This document shows positions 37,893-48,398 of a stretch of 64,000 bases of DNA, piece after piece (positions within the stretch are counted from its first letter, which is position 1; each line of letters starts with the position of its first letter). Source of the DNA: Bacteroidales bacterium (lineage in GTDB: Bacteria > Bacteroidota > Bacteroidia > Bacteroidales > VadinHA17); assembly GCA_963676175.2 (NCBI GenBank), contig CAXXWV010000002.1:132081-196080 (forward strand). The letters run 5' to 3'. The position numbers and the translations under genes are program-made. Under the pieces are notes generated by a model that saw nothing but the letters and a program-made list of their open reading frames with translations, ran no database searches and was not told where the DNA came from.

Positions 37893-39923
37893 TCAGACTG
37901 TCTGGATGAAATTTGTCAGATTATCTTCCCGTTTTATGCCCAATTTCTTCCTGATCCTGGTCCTGGCAACCTCTATGCTTTTAAAAGACTGTCCTGTAAG
38001 AGATATGATTTCCCTGGTGTTCATATTGAGACGCAAAAAGGAACAGAGCCTCCGTTCAGCCGGAGTCAGATCATGGAACCTCTCAAGTAACCGTTCATGA
38101 AAACCCGGATGAACATCGTTGAATTGAATCTCAAACTCTTTCCATGAATCAGGTGAAATCTCCTTTTTCAATTCCCTCTGTAAATGCCCGATCCTGTTTT
38201 TCATTGTATCAGGTTCTGCGCTCATTATTTCAAGCTCGTCAATAAGATTCTTCAGCAAACTGTTCTTCTGGGTAATATATACCGTCTTGGTTGTAAGTTC
38301 CCGTTCTTTGATCAAAAGATTCTCATTCAGCTTTACTATTTCAGCCTGTTTTAGTGATTTCTCCTTTAAAGCCAGTGATTTCGCATCCTGATGTCGCTTA
38401 ATTATCAACCAGAAGACAATAAGGAAAAGAAAAAAACACAGCGCTATTGAAACCAAAGCTATATTCCTTATTTTCAATGCCTGTTTCTGCAATTCACTGT
38501 TCTGAATAAGGATCTGATTTTCATATTCAAGTTTTGTACGTGTAAACCCGGCTTCAATCTCTTCAATTGAACGGTTCTTTTCGGCGCTAAAAATGCTGTC
38601 CCTGAACTGAAGAACGTTCTTGAGGTATTGAAGAGATTTCCCGATATTCCCCTTTTGCTCCCATATTTTTGCAAGGCATTCATTTGCATTTGCCAGTGTT
38701 TTCAATGCGCCTATGCTCCGGGATAATTGTTCGCCGGTACCTGCATGTCTGACTGATTCATCAATTCTGCCGGCAGATAGCTCGGCAGCAGCAAGCTCTA
38801 CAAGTGTTTCTGCCTGTTCAGCTTTTGCACCGATTGCCTCAAACATCTCCGAAGCTTTTTTGAGGTATAGGATGCCTGTTTCTGCTGATCCCTTATGTAC
38901 ATGAATATTCCCCACCTGCGAATAACATGACGCCAGCAGGAACTTATCATTGGTCTTTTCTGCCAGGTTCAGGGCTTTATCAAGAAACAGGGTTGCATTG
39001 GTAAAATCCTTCAGCGTAAAGTAGGCATCCGCCAGATTTTTATACCTGCTCACCAACCGGTAATTATCCTTTTGAACAGCCTCGATTTGAACTGACCTGT
39101 TGTAATAATCCAGAGCTCTGAAAGGATCACCATTATCCATATAAAGATTCCCAATATTATTCAGACAATCTGATGCAGAAAGCTCTTCCTTCATCTCCAT
39201 GAAGCAGGAGATAGCCTTTTCGAACGAATCCATTGCTTTGGGGAAATTTCCCTGTTTGCGGTACACGTTCCCTAGATTATTGTAACAATATGCTGCTTCA
39301 ATTTTCATTGATTCTTCGCTTGTGATTGAAAGAGCCTTTTCATAGCAAATAATTGCATCATTAAAATTGCCGCATTGCTTTTGTGCGATTCCCATGCCCG
39401 TATAGCACCAATAAATGCCAGTTTTATCGCCTGCTTGCTGGTATTCCTGCAGAGCCCCGAAATAATGGGTCATAGCCTGTGAATACTTACTCTGCTCAAG
39501 ATCTACTTCAGCAAAATTGAATAGACACTCTGCCAAATAAAATGGTTCATTTATCTCTTTGGCCCACCTGTAGGCAGTGTTGTAATGTTCAAGTGTCTTA
39601 TCGTAATCAACAATCTGATAATAATGAAGTCCGGAATTTAACTCTGCTGATATTAAGAGTCTTATGATACGTCTTCTGACCTTTTCGTCCTTTAGAGAAC
39701 CCTTCAGAAATTTTCCGGCAAGCTCAGCAGCTTGTCCGGAATAATAAAATGATGAATCGGCGCTACTCTTTCCCGCTCTCAGAATATATCCTGAAATCAT
39801 AGCTGTATCTGATTCCTGATTCTGTCCAAAGGACGTACAAAAGCAAACAGCCAGAAGTAAGTAAATAAATAAAATCTTGTTTTTTGTCTCCCCAGGGATA
39901 TCTGGTATAAATGATCCTGTCAT
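37893..39923 (-). CDS. transmembrane TPR-sensor / LuxR-type HTH transcriptional regulator
   Basis: Has an N-terminal signal or anchor, many TPRs, an internal TM (IALVSIALCFFLFLIVFWLII), a coiled coil and a C-terminal LuxR HTH (LTPAERRLCSFLRLNMNTREIISLTGQSFKSIEVARTRIRKKLGI). Confidence 0.85.
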   Translation of the reverse strand: MTGSFIPDIPGETKNKILFIYLLLAVCFCTSFGQNQESDTAMISGYILRAGKSSADSSFYYSGQAAELAGKFLKGSLKDEKVRRRIIRLLISAELNSGLHYYQIVDYDKTLEHYNTAYRWAKEINEPFYLAECLFNFAEVDLEQSKYSQAMTHYFGALQEYQQAGDKTGIYWCYTGMGIAQKQCGNFNDAIICYEKALSITSEESMKIEAAYCYNNLGNVYRKQGNFPKAMDSFEKAISCFMEMKEELSASDCLNNIGNLYMDNGDPFRALDYYNRSVQIEAVQKDNYRLVSRYKNLADAYFTLKDFTNATLFLDKALNLAEKTNDKFLLASCYSQVGNIHVHKGSAETGILYLKKASEMFEAIGAKAEQAETLVELAAAELSAGRIDESVRHAGTGEQLSRSIGALKTLANANECLAKIWEQKGNIGKSLQYLKNVLQFRDSIFSAEKNRSIEEIEAGFTRTKLEYENQILIQNSELQKQALKIRNIALVSIALCFFLFLIVFWLIIKRHQDAKSLALKEKSLKQAEIVKLNENLLIKERELTTKTVYITQKNSLLKNLIDELEIMSAEPDTMKNRIGHLQRELKKEISPDSWKEFEIQFNDVHPGFHERLLERFHDLTPAERRLCSFLRLNMNTREIISLTGQSFKSIEVARTRIRKKLGIKREDNLTNFIQTV

Positions 39924-40124
39924 AAATAGAACATAAAAATCTGATCAAATGTCTTCCTGTCATAAATATATAAATCAACAATATACCATACAAGTATGCA
40001 CAATTAAATCTTGATCACGCATAATTACCTGATTACATGAATAATATAACTGCTGAGTGTTTTTGTAGGGTTGATTTATGGTTTTTGTAGGAAATGATTC
40101 TCAGGTAAAATAATATTAGGCATA

Positions 40125-40132
40125 TAGTTTTG
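40125..40132 (+). promoter_or_regulatory. candidate -7 promoter box (TAGTTTTG)
   Basis: TAnnTTTG match 118 nt upstream of the ATG at 40251, in the divergent intergenic region shared with the LuxR regulator gene. Confidence 0.25.
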
Positions 40133-40250
40133 CGATCAATAACAGCCTGGGATATGAATACATACTGGTGTTAATTCTCCTGCATGTTTCATGTTGAGAA
40201 AGCTGGCTATAATTCTTCACTAAACCCTCGACATAATTAACCTGCAAGCG

Positions 40251-41678
40251 ATGAAATATGAAAAGTACATTTTATTCCTGATGGTGATCATGCTCTTCAC
40301 CTGTAACCGAAAAGAGACTGGTGATATTAATGACGACGATGATCCAACACGGAATGGAAAGGGATCTTGTATCTGGTTGAGCACAGCCGGAGGCAAATTT
40401 GCAGAATACGGACAAAAGCTTGCCGTAGACTCCCATGGCTATATTTATATGACAGGATATTTCAATGGCACTGCCACTTTCGGTGATTTTACTATGACGG
40501 CAAATGGTGATAACAACAGCTATGCAGCGAAGGTTGATCCTGAAGGAAACTTCATCTGGGTAAAGAGTTTTGGAGGAACAGCTCTGTTCTCAAATGAATA
40601 CTACAATTCAATTACTATTGATGATGAAGACAATATTTACCTCACAGGAATATTTGATCTGAAAGCCCAATTCGGTCAGACCACCCTGAATTCTCACAAT
40701 GGTTCAACTGATATTTTTATTGCAAAAATGGACAAATCGGGTAATTTTCTCTGGGCTAAAAATGCAGGAGGAAACCAAAATGCCGACCATAGTATTGCAA
40801 TTTGTGCGGGTTCGAATGGTGATATTTACCTTACGGGAACTTTTTATTACAAAGCATGGTTTGATGATATTGAATTGTCTGCGGAAAACCAGGGGTACTA
40901 TTCATTTCTGGCGGCAATTGATAAGGCAGGGAACTTTCTTTGGGCTAAAAGAGAGGGAACTTCCTCATTGCTGGCAATTACCGATATTGCTCCCGGAACA
41001 AACGGAGATATTCTGATTGTCGGGTATTTTTTCGGTGACGAGGATCTGGGTGGAGTTTCTCTCAGTAATAACTCCAATGTTGCAGCAACCTTTGTTGCCG
41101 GAATAAACCAATATGGAGTCACCGGCTGGGTAAGCAAAGCTCTGAGCAGTACCGGAGGAATCTTTGGCAAGTCAATTTGCAGGAATAATCAAGGTGACAT
41201 TTTCGTAACAGGCAACTTTGTCAAGGATGGCACGGTTGGATCAACAATACTGAGCTCATCGGGGAAGGATGCATTCTGGTCAAAACTGAATAAGAACGGT
41301 GACTGGATCTGGACCAAACAATCCAGGACAGAGGTACTGATTGACGCGAATTATTGTTCCGGTTACAGGATTACAACCGATGCCGATGACAATATCTACC
41401 TTGCTGGTAACTTTTCAGGAAATACGATAATCCAGGATAATACCTATCAGACCAATAATTATGAGAATGGTTTCTGGGCAGGAATCAATAATAACGGTAG
41501 TGTGAAGTGGTTTAAGAAAAATACCCCGACAGGTACCGCCGTGGTATCTGACCTCATCCCAGATAATTTGGGGTACATTTATTCCACAGGATACTATGGG
41601 AATAAAGCTGCATTCGATTCAATTCAGCCAGTATGGAGAGGTGGTACAGATGTTTATTTAATGAAATCAGAAAACTGA
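40251..41678 (+). CDS. SBBP-type beta-propeller repeat lipoprotein
   Basis: Has a lipoprotein signal (MLFTCN). It has about 8 repeats of the pattern D..GNIY.TG.F.G....G......G..D.F.AK.D..GNF.W.K. Confidence 0.8.
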   Translation: MKYEKYILFLMVIMLFTCNRKETGDINDDDDPTRNGKGSCIWLSTAGGKFAEYGQKLAVDSHGYIYMTGYFNGTATFGDFTMTANGDNNSYAAKVDPEGNFIWVKSFGGTALFSNEYYNSITIDDEDNIYLTGIFDLKAQFGQTTLNSHNGSTDIFIAKMDKSGNFLWAKNAGGNQNADHSIAICAGSNGDIYLTGTFYYKAWFDDIELSAENQGYYSFLAAIDKAGNFLWAKREGTSSLLAITDIAPGTNGDILIVGYFFGDEDLGGVSLSNNSNVAATFVAGINQYGVTGWVSKALSSTGGIFGKSICRNNQGDIFVTGNFVKDGTVGSTILSSSGKDAFWSKLNKNGDWIWTKQSRTEVLIDANYCSGYRITTDADDNIYLAGNFSGNTIIQDNTYQTNNYENGFWAGINNNGSVKWFKKNTPTGTAVVSDLIPDNLGYIYSTGYYGNKAAFDSIQPVWRGGTDVYLMKSEN

Positions 41679-41741
41679 GACCCTGAGAATAAAACAAAGA
41701 AACGGGCTAATATTTTTCAATATATATCATTCACAGGCAGC

Positions 41742-42851
41742 ATGAAAATCTTTGGTAGCATTCAGATCATATTTGACATCATGTTGCTGCTGTCTGGAGG
41801 AAGTTGCTCGGATGCAAAAAACAATAATGCATCCGGCAACCAACCACAGTATGGCAGGGAGGCTTTGGTATTTAACCGTGTAAATGAACCAGGTGAGAAT
41901 GCGTTTACCTTCCTTCTTCCAAAAGGATGGACTATTTCCGGAGGAATCACCAGGGTTGATCCAAATGCGGCTGGCGGCGCCGGCAACGCCATTGAAGCAA
42001 AACTCTATATGAAACTTGCTTCACAGGACAACAAAGCATCCTTCGCATGGTTGCCCGATACCCGGTTTTTTGATATACGCCGCTATGGAAATAATCTGGC
42101 AGCTCCAATGTTCCCTGAAGGCAGCAATTACAATGGCATGACAGTTTCAAGGATCATGAATCCAGCTGATTTTGTGAAATTTATCGCTATTCCATTTGCT
42201 CATCCGCATGCAATATCACTTCAAATAACCGGAGTTCAGACCCTCCCTGAACTTGCCAATGAATATTCACAGATGTCGGCAAAAATGATACCCGGATACA
42301 TATTTCATTATCAGGCTGCGATTGTTACAATGGAATATACTGAAAACAACACCAGGTATCTGGAAAAAATGGTTTGTGTAATAGAAGATTTTGGGCAGCA
42401 GGGCGCCGGATTATGGGGCAATAAGGAAACGTGGTACGTCAGAGCTGAAAAGCAGCTCTTCGAAGAGATGGCCCCTGTTTTTTCAATAATCGGGCAATCC
42501 GTAAAACTAAATCCTCAATGGATAAACCGGGAGATACGCGGTCAGCAGATCAACAGCAATATAGCAATTCAGACTCAGCATGAAATTGAACGCATCGATC
42601 GTGAAATTACTGAACACCGGTCCCATATCAATGCCGAAATAAATAATGATATGTATCTCACCCTGACCGGACAGGAGGATTATACAAATCCATTCACACG
42701 TGAAACAGAACGAGGTTCGAATGAATGGAATTACAGATGGGAAAACCAGTCGGGTGATGTAATATATACTGATAATCAAAACTATAACCCAAATGATGAT
42801 GTAAATCTTGTCATTAAGGGATATAAAAGATCAGTGATCAGAAAACGCTGA
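41742..42851 (+). CDS. hypothetical lipoprotein
   Basis: 369 aa with a signal/lipobox (LLLSGGSCS). No family recognised. Confidence 0.7.
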   Translation: MKIFGSIQIIFDIMLLLSGGSCSDAKNNNASGNQPQYGREALVFNRVNEPGENAFTFLLPKGWTISGGITRVDPNAAGGAGNAIEAKLYMKLASQDNKASFAWLPDTRFFDIRRYGNNLAAPMFPEGSNYNGMTVSRIMNPADFVKFIAIPFAHPHAISLQITGVQTLPELANEYSQMSAKMIPGYIFHYQAAIVTMEYTENNTRYLEKMVCVIEDFGQQGAGLWGNKETWYVRAEKQLFEEMAPVFSIIGQSVKLNPQWINREIRGQQINSNIAIQTQHEIERIDREITEHRSHINAEINNDMYLTLTGQEDYTNPFTRETERGSNEWNYRWENQSGDVIYTDNQNYNPNDDVNLVIKGYKRSVIRKR

Positions 42852-43435
42852 AACCGAATATTATACACCAGAATAAATTTAACTATATGATCACATCCCG
42901 GGGATCTGTAATGAACAGCTTAACCAATCCCGGGAAAATCTGCTATCCTGCGCTTCACTTTTCCATGTCCAGTAAATCGCTGAAGAAGATCAGTTTCCCC
43001 TTTGATTAAGCAGGTAAACCTTTCATGCCTGATATGAATGGCAAAGGCAGCCGGAATTAGGCTTTGCCTGGGATAACAATACCCGGTTAAAACGGATAAA
43101 CATACTATCGCGTTTTATCTCAGCTCCTGTAATACGTAAAATAATTATACGGTGCTCTGTGAATTAGTTTGACAATTGTTTAGCATTCAAAAATGCTAAT
43201 ACCTAATGATGAGCAGATTAGATTTTTGGTATGATTCTGGCAATAAGTATAATCCTGTTAACATATATTTTTTGTCTGATGCATTATGTTCTGAAAACTG
43301 CCAGAGAGGGAACGCAGCCATAATGAATCGGGTTGAATAGTTGAGGAAAGAATAATGAACAGAGGAATAATAATTACCTGATTTGCAGATACAACTATCT
43401 TGAAACCAAAATGAATCAAATTAAAGAAAACAAGA

Positions 43436-45790
43436 ATGTCGAAAACTATGGAAAAACTTTTCAGTTCAATTTACCGGAAGGCAATCAAGTACAGGATCTA
43501 TACGATCATCAATATTGCAGGCCTGTCCACCGCTTTCGCACTGTCGTCGCTGTTGTTTTTGTATTCATGGAACGAATATAATGTGGATAGTTTTCACCGG
43601 AACAAAGATCGGATATATCGGGTGGTTGACAGCAAAGATGGTTGTGCATTTACACAACCTTTATTAGCCGGCGAGTTAAAAGATGCATTTCCGGAAATTG
43701 AGGCAGTAACACGGGTAAGGCATAACGACGGCGGGTATTATAAATTCGGGGAAAACATCTTCGACATTAAGTACGACATGTGTTTTGACTCGACAGCCTT
43801 TCAGATTTTTGATTTCCACCTGATTGCAGGAAATGAAAAAGAGGCGCTTAAAAATCCATTTTCAATAGTATTGACAAAGAGCGTTGCCAAAAGGATTTTT
43901 AAGGAGATTGACCCGATTGGTCAGACTCTCCGTTATAACAACCTCTGTAATTTTGTGGTTACGGGAGTAATGGATGACCTTCCCGAAAACTCATCTTTCA
44001 GTGTTGATGCCATACTTCCGTTTCCGGTGTTGGCCTACCTTTGGGAAGGAAACCCCGAAAAGCCTTCCAATGTACTTACAATCAGAGATAACGCATCTTT
44101 TCATACTTACATCTTGTTCAAGAAAAACATAAATGTCCCGGCTATTGAAAGCAAGATCACTGCATTTATGAAAAACAAAGATTATGAACAGGATTTTAAA
44201 CTTCAATCCCAGAAGAATATTTACTTTGATAAAAATGCCCGCGACCGCTGGATCAATAAAGGTGATGCCTCGATGGTAATCCTCCTGCTGTCGATCGCCA
44301 TCGGGCTATTGATAATCAGTATTGTAAACTACATCAACCTTAATTCAGCCATAACCCGGAATAACTTGTTCAACCTTGGGATCAGAAAATTGCTGGGAGC
44401 AAAAACTAATCAGATAGTTTCCTTTTCAATTGTTGAAACACTTATATTTTTTTCAGTTTCCATCGCTCTGGCTGCCCTGATCATCGCCTTTATCAAAGAA
44501 CCGTTTCAGAATATCCTTTTAGTAAATTATAGTTTTTCGTCCATTGCCGCCGGCAAACTGTTTTTTTTAGTCGCTCTTCTCACTCTTGTTGTTGCTTTGT
44601 TGTCAGGCATAATACCTGCCCGGTATTTTATAAGGTTGCATTCAGTCGCAGTAATTAACAGTAAGCATTCTAACAAAGGTTATTCAAACCTGACCAATAA
44701 TTCATTGATTATCCTCCAGTTCTTCATTACTATCGTTTTCATTGTTGCTGCACTAACCATCGAAAAACAGGTTTTTTACATCAATCACAAAAACCTTGGA
44801 TTCAACAAGGACTTGCTGGTTTATGTTGATATGAAGTCGATGAATCTGACCGAATCTCAGGCCAAATCATTGAAAGAAGATTTGATTTCTGATCCCCGCA
44901 TACAAAGCATTTCGTACTCGGCTGGCTTATTTGGCGATGTCCGCCGCGGGGACTATGCAGAGTTAAATGGCATAAAAGCTCTTTACCGAAGGATCCCAAC
45001 CGATCCTGATTACATTAAAACAATGGGATACCACATTGTTGAAGGACGAGATTTCAGCTTTAACATGAAGACCGATTTTACATCACAGGCATATATTATC
45101 AACCAGGCAACAGTCAAAGCATTTGAGATGAAAGATCCTCTCAACGAAAAAATAAACGACCATCCCATTGTGGGCGTGGTCGAAGATTTCAATTTTGAAT
45201 CGGTTCATAAAAACATCCAACCGGTAGCTTTCGTATGTAATCCGGAGGAGGCAATCTGGATAGCCAACATTAAACTTTCTTCAGGTGATGTCAGAGGCGC
45301 TGTTCAGCATATCAAAAATATGTTCAAAAAAATAAAACCTGACAGCCCCTTACACTATTCTTTTGCTGACGAACGGATTGCGGGTTATTACAAGAAAGAA
45401 ATCCAGTTCTCAAAATTGTCGGTTATATTTTCGATTATTAATATAATCATTTCCTGCATCGGACTGGTGGGACTGGTACTTTTCAGAATCAGTTGCAGGG
45501 TAAAAGAAATAGGCATCCGTAAAGTTAACGGTGCAAAAATTTCCGAAGTTATGGTTATGCTTAACCACGATTTTGTGAGATGGATAACTATTGCCTTTGT
45601 AATAGCTACGCCAATTTCGTGGTATGCCATGAATCTCTGGCTTAAAAACTTTGTTTATAAAACCGACCTGAGTTGGTGGATTTTTGCTTTATCAGGTATT
45701 TTGACTCTTGGAATTGCATTACTCACAGTAAGTTGGCAAAGCTGGAATGCAGCAGCACGAAATCCAGTGGAGGCCCTCAGATATGAATAA
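43436..45790 (+). CDS. MacB/FtsX-type ABC transporter permease (duplicated FtsX architecture)
   Basis: 784 aa with two TM-plus-large-loop-plus-3-TM units. The C-terminal motif is GIRKVNGAK...NPVEALRYE. No ATPase gene is adjacent. Confidence 0.85.
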   Translation: MSKTMEKLFSSIYRKAIKYRIYTIINIAGLSTAFALSSLLFLYSWNEYNVDSFHRNKDRIYRVVDSKDGCAFTQPLLAGELKDAFPEIEAVTRVRHNDGGYYKFGENIFDIKYDMCFDSTAFQIFDFHLIAGNEKEALKNPFSIVLTKSVAKRIFKEIDPIGQTLRYNNLCNFVVTGVMDDLPENSSFSVDAILPFPVLAYLWEGNPEKPSNVLTIRDNASFHTYILFKKNINVPAIESKITAFMKNKDYEQDFKLQSQKNIYFDKNARDRWINKGDASMVILLLSIAIGLLIISIVNYINLNSAITRNNLFNLGIRKLLGAKTNQIVSFSIVETLIFFSVSIALAALIIAFIKEPFQNILLVNYSFSSIAAGKLFFLVALLTLVVALLSGIIPARYFIRLHSVAVINSKHSNKGYSNLTNNSLIILQFFITIVFIVAALTIEKQVFYINHKNLGFNKDLLVYVDMKSMNLTESQAKSLKEDLISDPRIQSISYSAGLFGDVRRGDYAELNGIKALYRRIPTDPDYIKTMGYHIVEGRDFSFNMKTDFTSQAYIINQATVKAFEMKDPLNEKINDHPIVGVVEDFNFESVHKNIQPVAFVCNPEEAIWIANIKLSSGDVRGAVQHIKNMFKKIKPDSPLHYSFADERIAGYYKKEIQFSKLSVIFSIINIIISCIGLVGLVLFRISCRVKEIGIRKVNGAKISEVMVMLNHDFVRWITIAFVIATPISWYAMNLWLKNFVYKTDLSWWIFALSGILTLGIALLTVSWQSWNAAARNPVEALRYE

Positions 45791-45825
45791 GTCTGAACAA
45801 TGAACATAACGCAAATGAAAAACAC

Positions 45826-46521
45826 ATGAATTACCTTGACAAGACCAGCCTCGCGAATACCATCGATAATGTTTCTGAAGCTTTGCTCTTTGGACTCGAT
45901 ATTGAAGCACCTGAAAAAACAGAAATATCCAGGTTCATTGCTAACCAACATTATTTACCCCACGCTTATGCCAACACTTTTGCTCCAACCCATCATGATC
46001 TATCCCGCGATCTGGTATTGTTCACCGGAGAAAAAGTAAAAAGCAAAGCCGGCAAATGTCATATAATTGGAGAAGAAGCCAGCAGGATATTACTGGGATT
46101 GAACACCCGGGAAAATGATGTTAAAACAACTATCCGCCAAGCTGATGAAGGATTACAAATACGGATTAACGAGTATATGAACAGACAGGGAGAAACATTT
46201 GGAACTTATTGCTGTAAAACATGTTCTTGTTCGTTATGGTTAAATTTGTCGGCTGGTGGATTAAACAACAATGTCCAAATGCTGTTGGCAGGACTTGGCT
46301 TCTTAAAACAATCCCGCAACAATAACGGTTCCTGGAATGGATTTCCTTATTACTATACTTTATATGTATTGAACGAAGTAACTCCTGCTTTGGCCATGGA
46401 GGAGCTGAAATTTGCTGCTGGTTCAATCAAAAAACGCCTTAAAAGAATGAACTGCGATAAAAATAAGTTCACTTTAAGAAGAGACTTCATTTGCAGATCA
46501 ATACTGGAGAAAGTCAGCTGA
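45826..46521 (+). CDS. hypothetical Cys-rich protein
   Basis: 231 aa with the motifs GTYCCKTCSCSLW and NGSWNGFPYYYTLYVL. No family assigned. Confidence 0.65.
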   Translation: MNYLDKTSLANTIDNVSEALLFGLDIEAPEKTEISRFIANQHYLPHAYANTFAPTHHDLSRDLVLFTGEKVKSKAGKCHIIGEEASRILLGLNTRENDVKTTIRQADEGLQIRINEYMNRQGETFGTYCCKTCSCSLWLNLSAGGLNNNVQMLLAGLGFLKQSRNNNGSWNGFPYYYTLYVLNEVTPALAMEELKFAAGSIKKRLKRMNCDKNKFTLRRDFICRSILEKVS

Positions 46522-46769
46522 ATCAAAATAGCATTCTTCAGGTTTAGGTTAAAGATCAGTAAAAACGCATCACTCTACTAAGCGCATTTGAACCTGCAAT
46601 AAATGGCGCGCCGGAATTATTATAAATAAGTCAGGCCATCCATTGTAACGGTGAAAATGATATATTTGAGATGCTTACAGAAAGTTCCTCAAAAGATATC
46701 GATATTAAACTGATGTAAGAATCCATAGAATAAACATATTTCAATTATATTATTGCAAAACAGGAACAT

Positions 46770-48170
46770 ATGAAAAAAACATCAATTCTCTTCTTAACAC
46801 TATTACTGATGGGTACTGTTGGCAGTTACTCTCAGAATACCTACAAGGCTACATGGGAGTCGATCGACAGCCGCCCGGTTCCCACCTGGTTTGAGGATGC
46901 AAAGTTCGGTATCTTTATCCACTGGGGATTATATTCAGTACCGGCTTACAGTCCGTCAACCCGTGATAAAGTTGGAATTTATGAGCGCTATGCAGAATGG
47001 TATTGGAGCCGATTGGCAAGTCCATCAACTACTCAGAAGTTCTTTATTGATTTTCACAAGCGGCTTTATGGCGAAAATCTTAAATATCAGGATTTTGCAA
47101 ACGAGTTCAAGGCAGAACTTTTTCAGCCTGACGAATGGGCGGAACGTTTCAAAGAAGCCGGAGCCAAATATGTTGTTCTTACTTCAAAGCATCATGAAGG
47201 ATTCGCATTATGGCCTTCAAGTCAAAGCTGGAACTGGAACTCGGTTGATGTTGGTCCGCACCGCGATTTATGCGGAGATCTGACCAATTCCGTGAAGGCA
47301 AATGGACTCCATATGGGATTTTATTATTCACTTTATGAATGGTTTAATCCTTTATATAAAGAAAACCTGGAGAAATACGTGGATGATCATATGATTCCGC
47401 AAATGAAAGATCTGGTTACACGTTACCAACCTGATGTCTTTTGGACTGACGGTGAATGGGACCAACCGAGCGAAGCATGGAAAAGCACCCAGTTTCTTGC
47501 CTGGCTGTATAATGAATCGCCTGTAAAAAGCACCGTTGTTGTTAACGACCGCTGGGGAAAAGAAACCAGAAGTAAACATGGTGGATTTTATACGACTGAA
47601 TATGATCTGGTAGATCAGACCAATGCAGAAGGTGTAAAATTCGATCATCCATGGGAAGAGTGTCGTGGCATTGCAGGTTCATTCGGTTACAACCGTAATG
47701 AAGTGCTTGAAGATTATTCGACATCTGAAGAACTGGTGCATATACTTATAAACAAAGTGGCCCGGGGGGGTAATCTCTTATTAAATATCGGACCAACAGC
47801 CGATGGCCGCATTCCTGTTATAATGCAACAACGCCTGGCTGATATGGGCGCCTGGCTGAAGGTTAATGGAGAAGCTATTTATTCTACACGCAAATGGGAC
47901 AAAGCCCCAGCTATTACTTCTGCGACAACCAAATATTTCACAAAAAAAGGTTCCGATTTATATGTTATTGTTACCAACTGGCAGAATAAAACTGTTGAAG
48001 TTGAAGGCATAGGTAAGGCTGAGGCTGTTACAATGCTTGGATACAATGGCAAGGTGAAATATACTGTCTCAAAAAACAAAATTGCCATTACACCGCCATT
48101 GATTACGCCCGCAGACAATCCATGCCAGTATGCATGGGTATTTAAAGTAAAAAACTGTTTGGATAAATAA
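46770..48170 (+). CDS. alpha-L-fucosidase (GH29)
   Basis: Has a signal peptide, FGIFIHWG, GAKYVVLTSKHHEGFALWPS and WTDGEW. Confidence 0.9.
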   Translation: MKKTSILFLTLLLMGTVGSYSQNTYKATWESIDSRPVPTWFEDAKFGIFIHWGLYSVPAYSPSTRDKVGIYERYAEWYWSRLASPSTTQKFFIDFHKRLYGENLKYQDFANEFKAELFQPDEWAERFKEAGAKYVVLTSKHHEGFALWPSSQSWNWNSVDVGPHRDLCGDLTNSVKANGLHMGFYYSLYEWFNPLYKENLEKYVDDHMIPQMKDLVTRYQPDVFWTDGEWDQPSEAWKSTQFLAWLYNESPVKSTVVVNDRWGKETRSKHGGFYTTEYDLVDQTNAEGVKFDHPWEECRGIAGSFGYNRNEVLEDYSTSEELVHILINKVARGGNLLLNIGPTADGRIPVIMQQRLADMGAWLKVNGEAIYSTRKWDKAPAITSATTKYFTKKGSDLYVIVTNWQNKTVEVEGIGKAEAVTMLGYNGKVKYTVSKNKIAITPPLITPADNPCQYAWVFKVKNCLDK

Positions 48171-48243
48171 TGAGATCGGTGCAGCAAAAGAAGATCATGA
48201 AAATCGTTATCCGACAAAGGATCCAATAATCAGGAAAGAACAT

Positions 48244-48280
48244 AAAAAAAGCGCTTGAGATCATACTTAAGCGCTTTTTT
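48244..48280. terminator. bidirectional rho-independent terminator
   Basis: A-run, then the stem agcgcttgag/cttaagcgct (1 mismatch, 6-nt loop), then a T-run. It lies between the GH29 gene (+) and the tRNA genes (-). Confidence 0.6.
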
Positions 48281-48299
48281 AACTACTTATAACTTGGGG

Positions 48300-48383
48300 T
48301 GCCCAGAACAAGACTCGAACTTGCACACCCTTGCGAGCACCAGCCCCTCAAGCTGGCGTGTCTACCAATTTCACCATCTGGGC
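48300..48383 (-). tRNA. tRNA-Leu (anticodon GAG), class II
   Basis: Folded by hand. Acceptor stem GCCCAGA/TCTGGGC, 3-bp D stem, anticodon stem CCAGC/GCTGG with loop TTGAGGG, long variable arm, T-loop TTCGAGT. It is 84 nt long and CCA is not encoded. Confidence 0.9.
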
Positions 48384-48390
48384 AGAGTTT

Positions 48391-48398
48391 CAAAGATA
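48391..48398 (-). promoter_or_regulatory. candidate -7 promoter box (TATCTTTG) for tRNA-Leu(GAG)
   Basis: The minus strand reads TATCTTTG 7 nt upstream of the mature tRNA 5' end. Confidence 0.4.
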
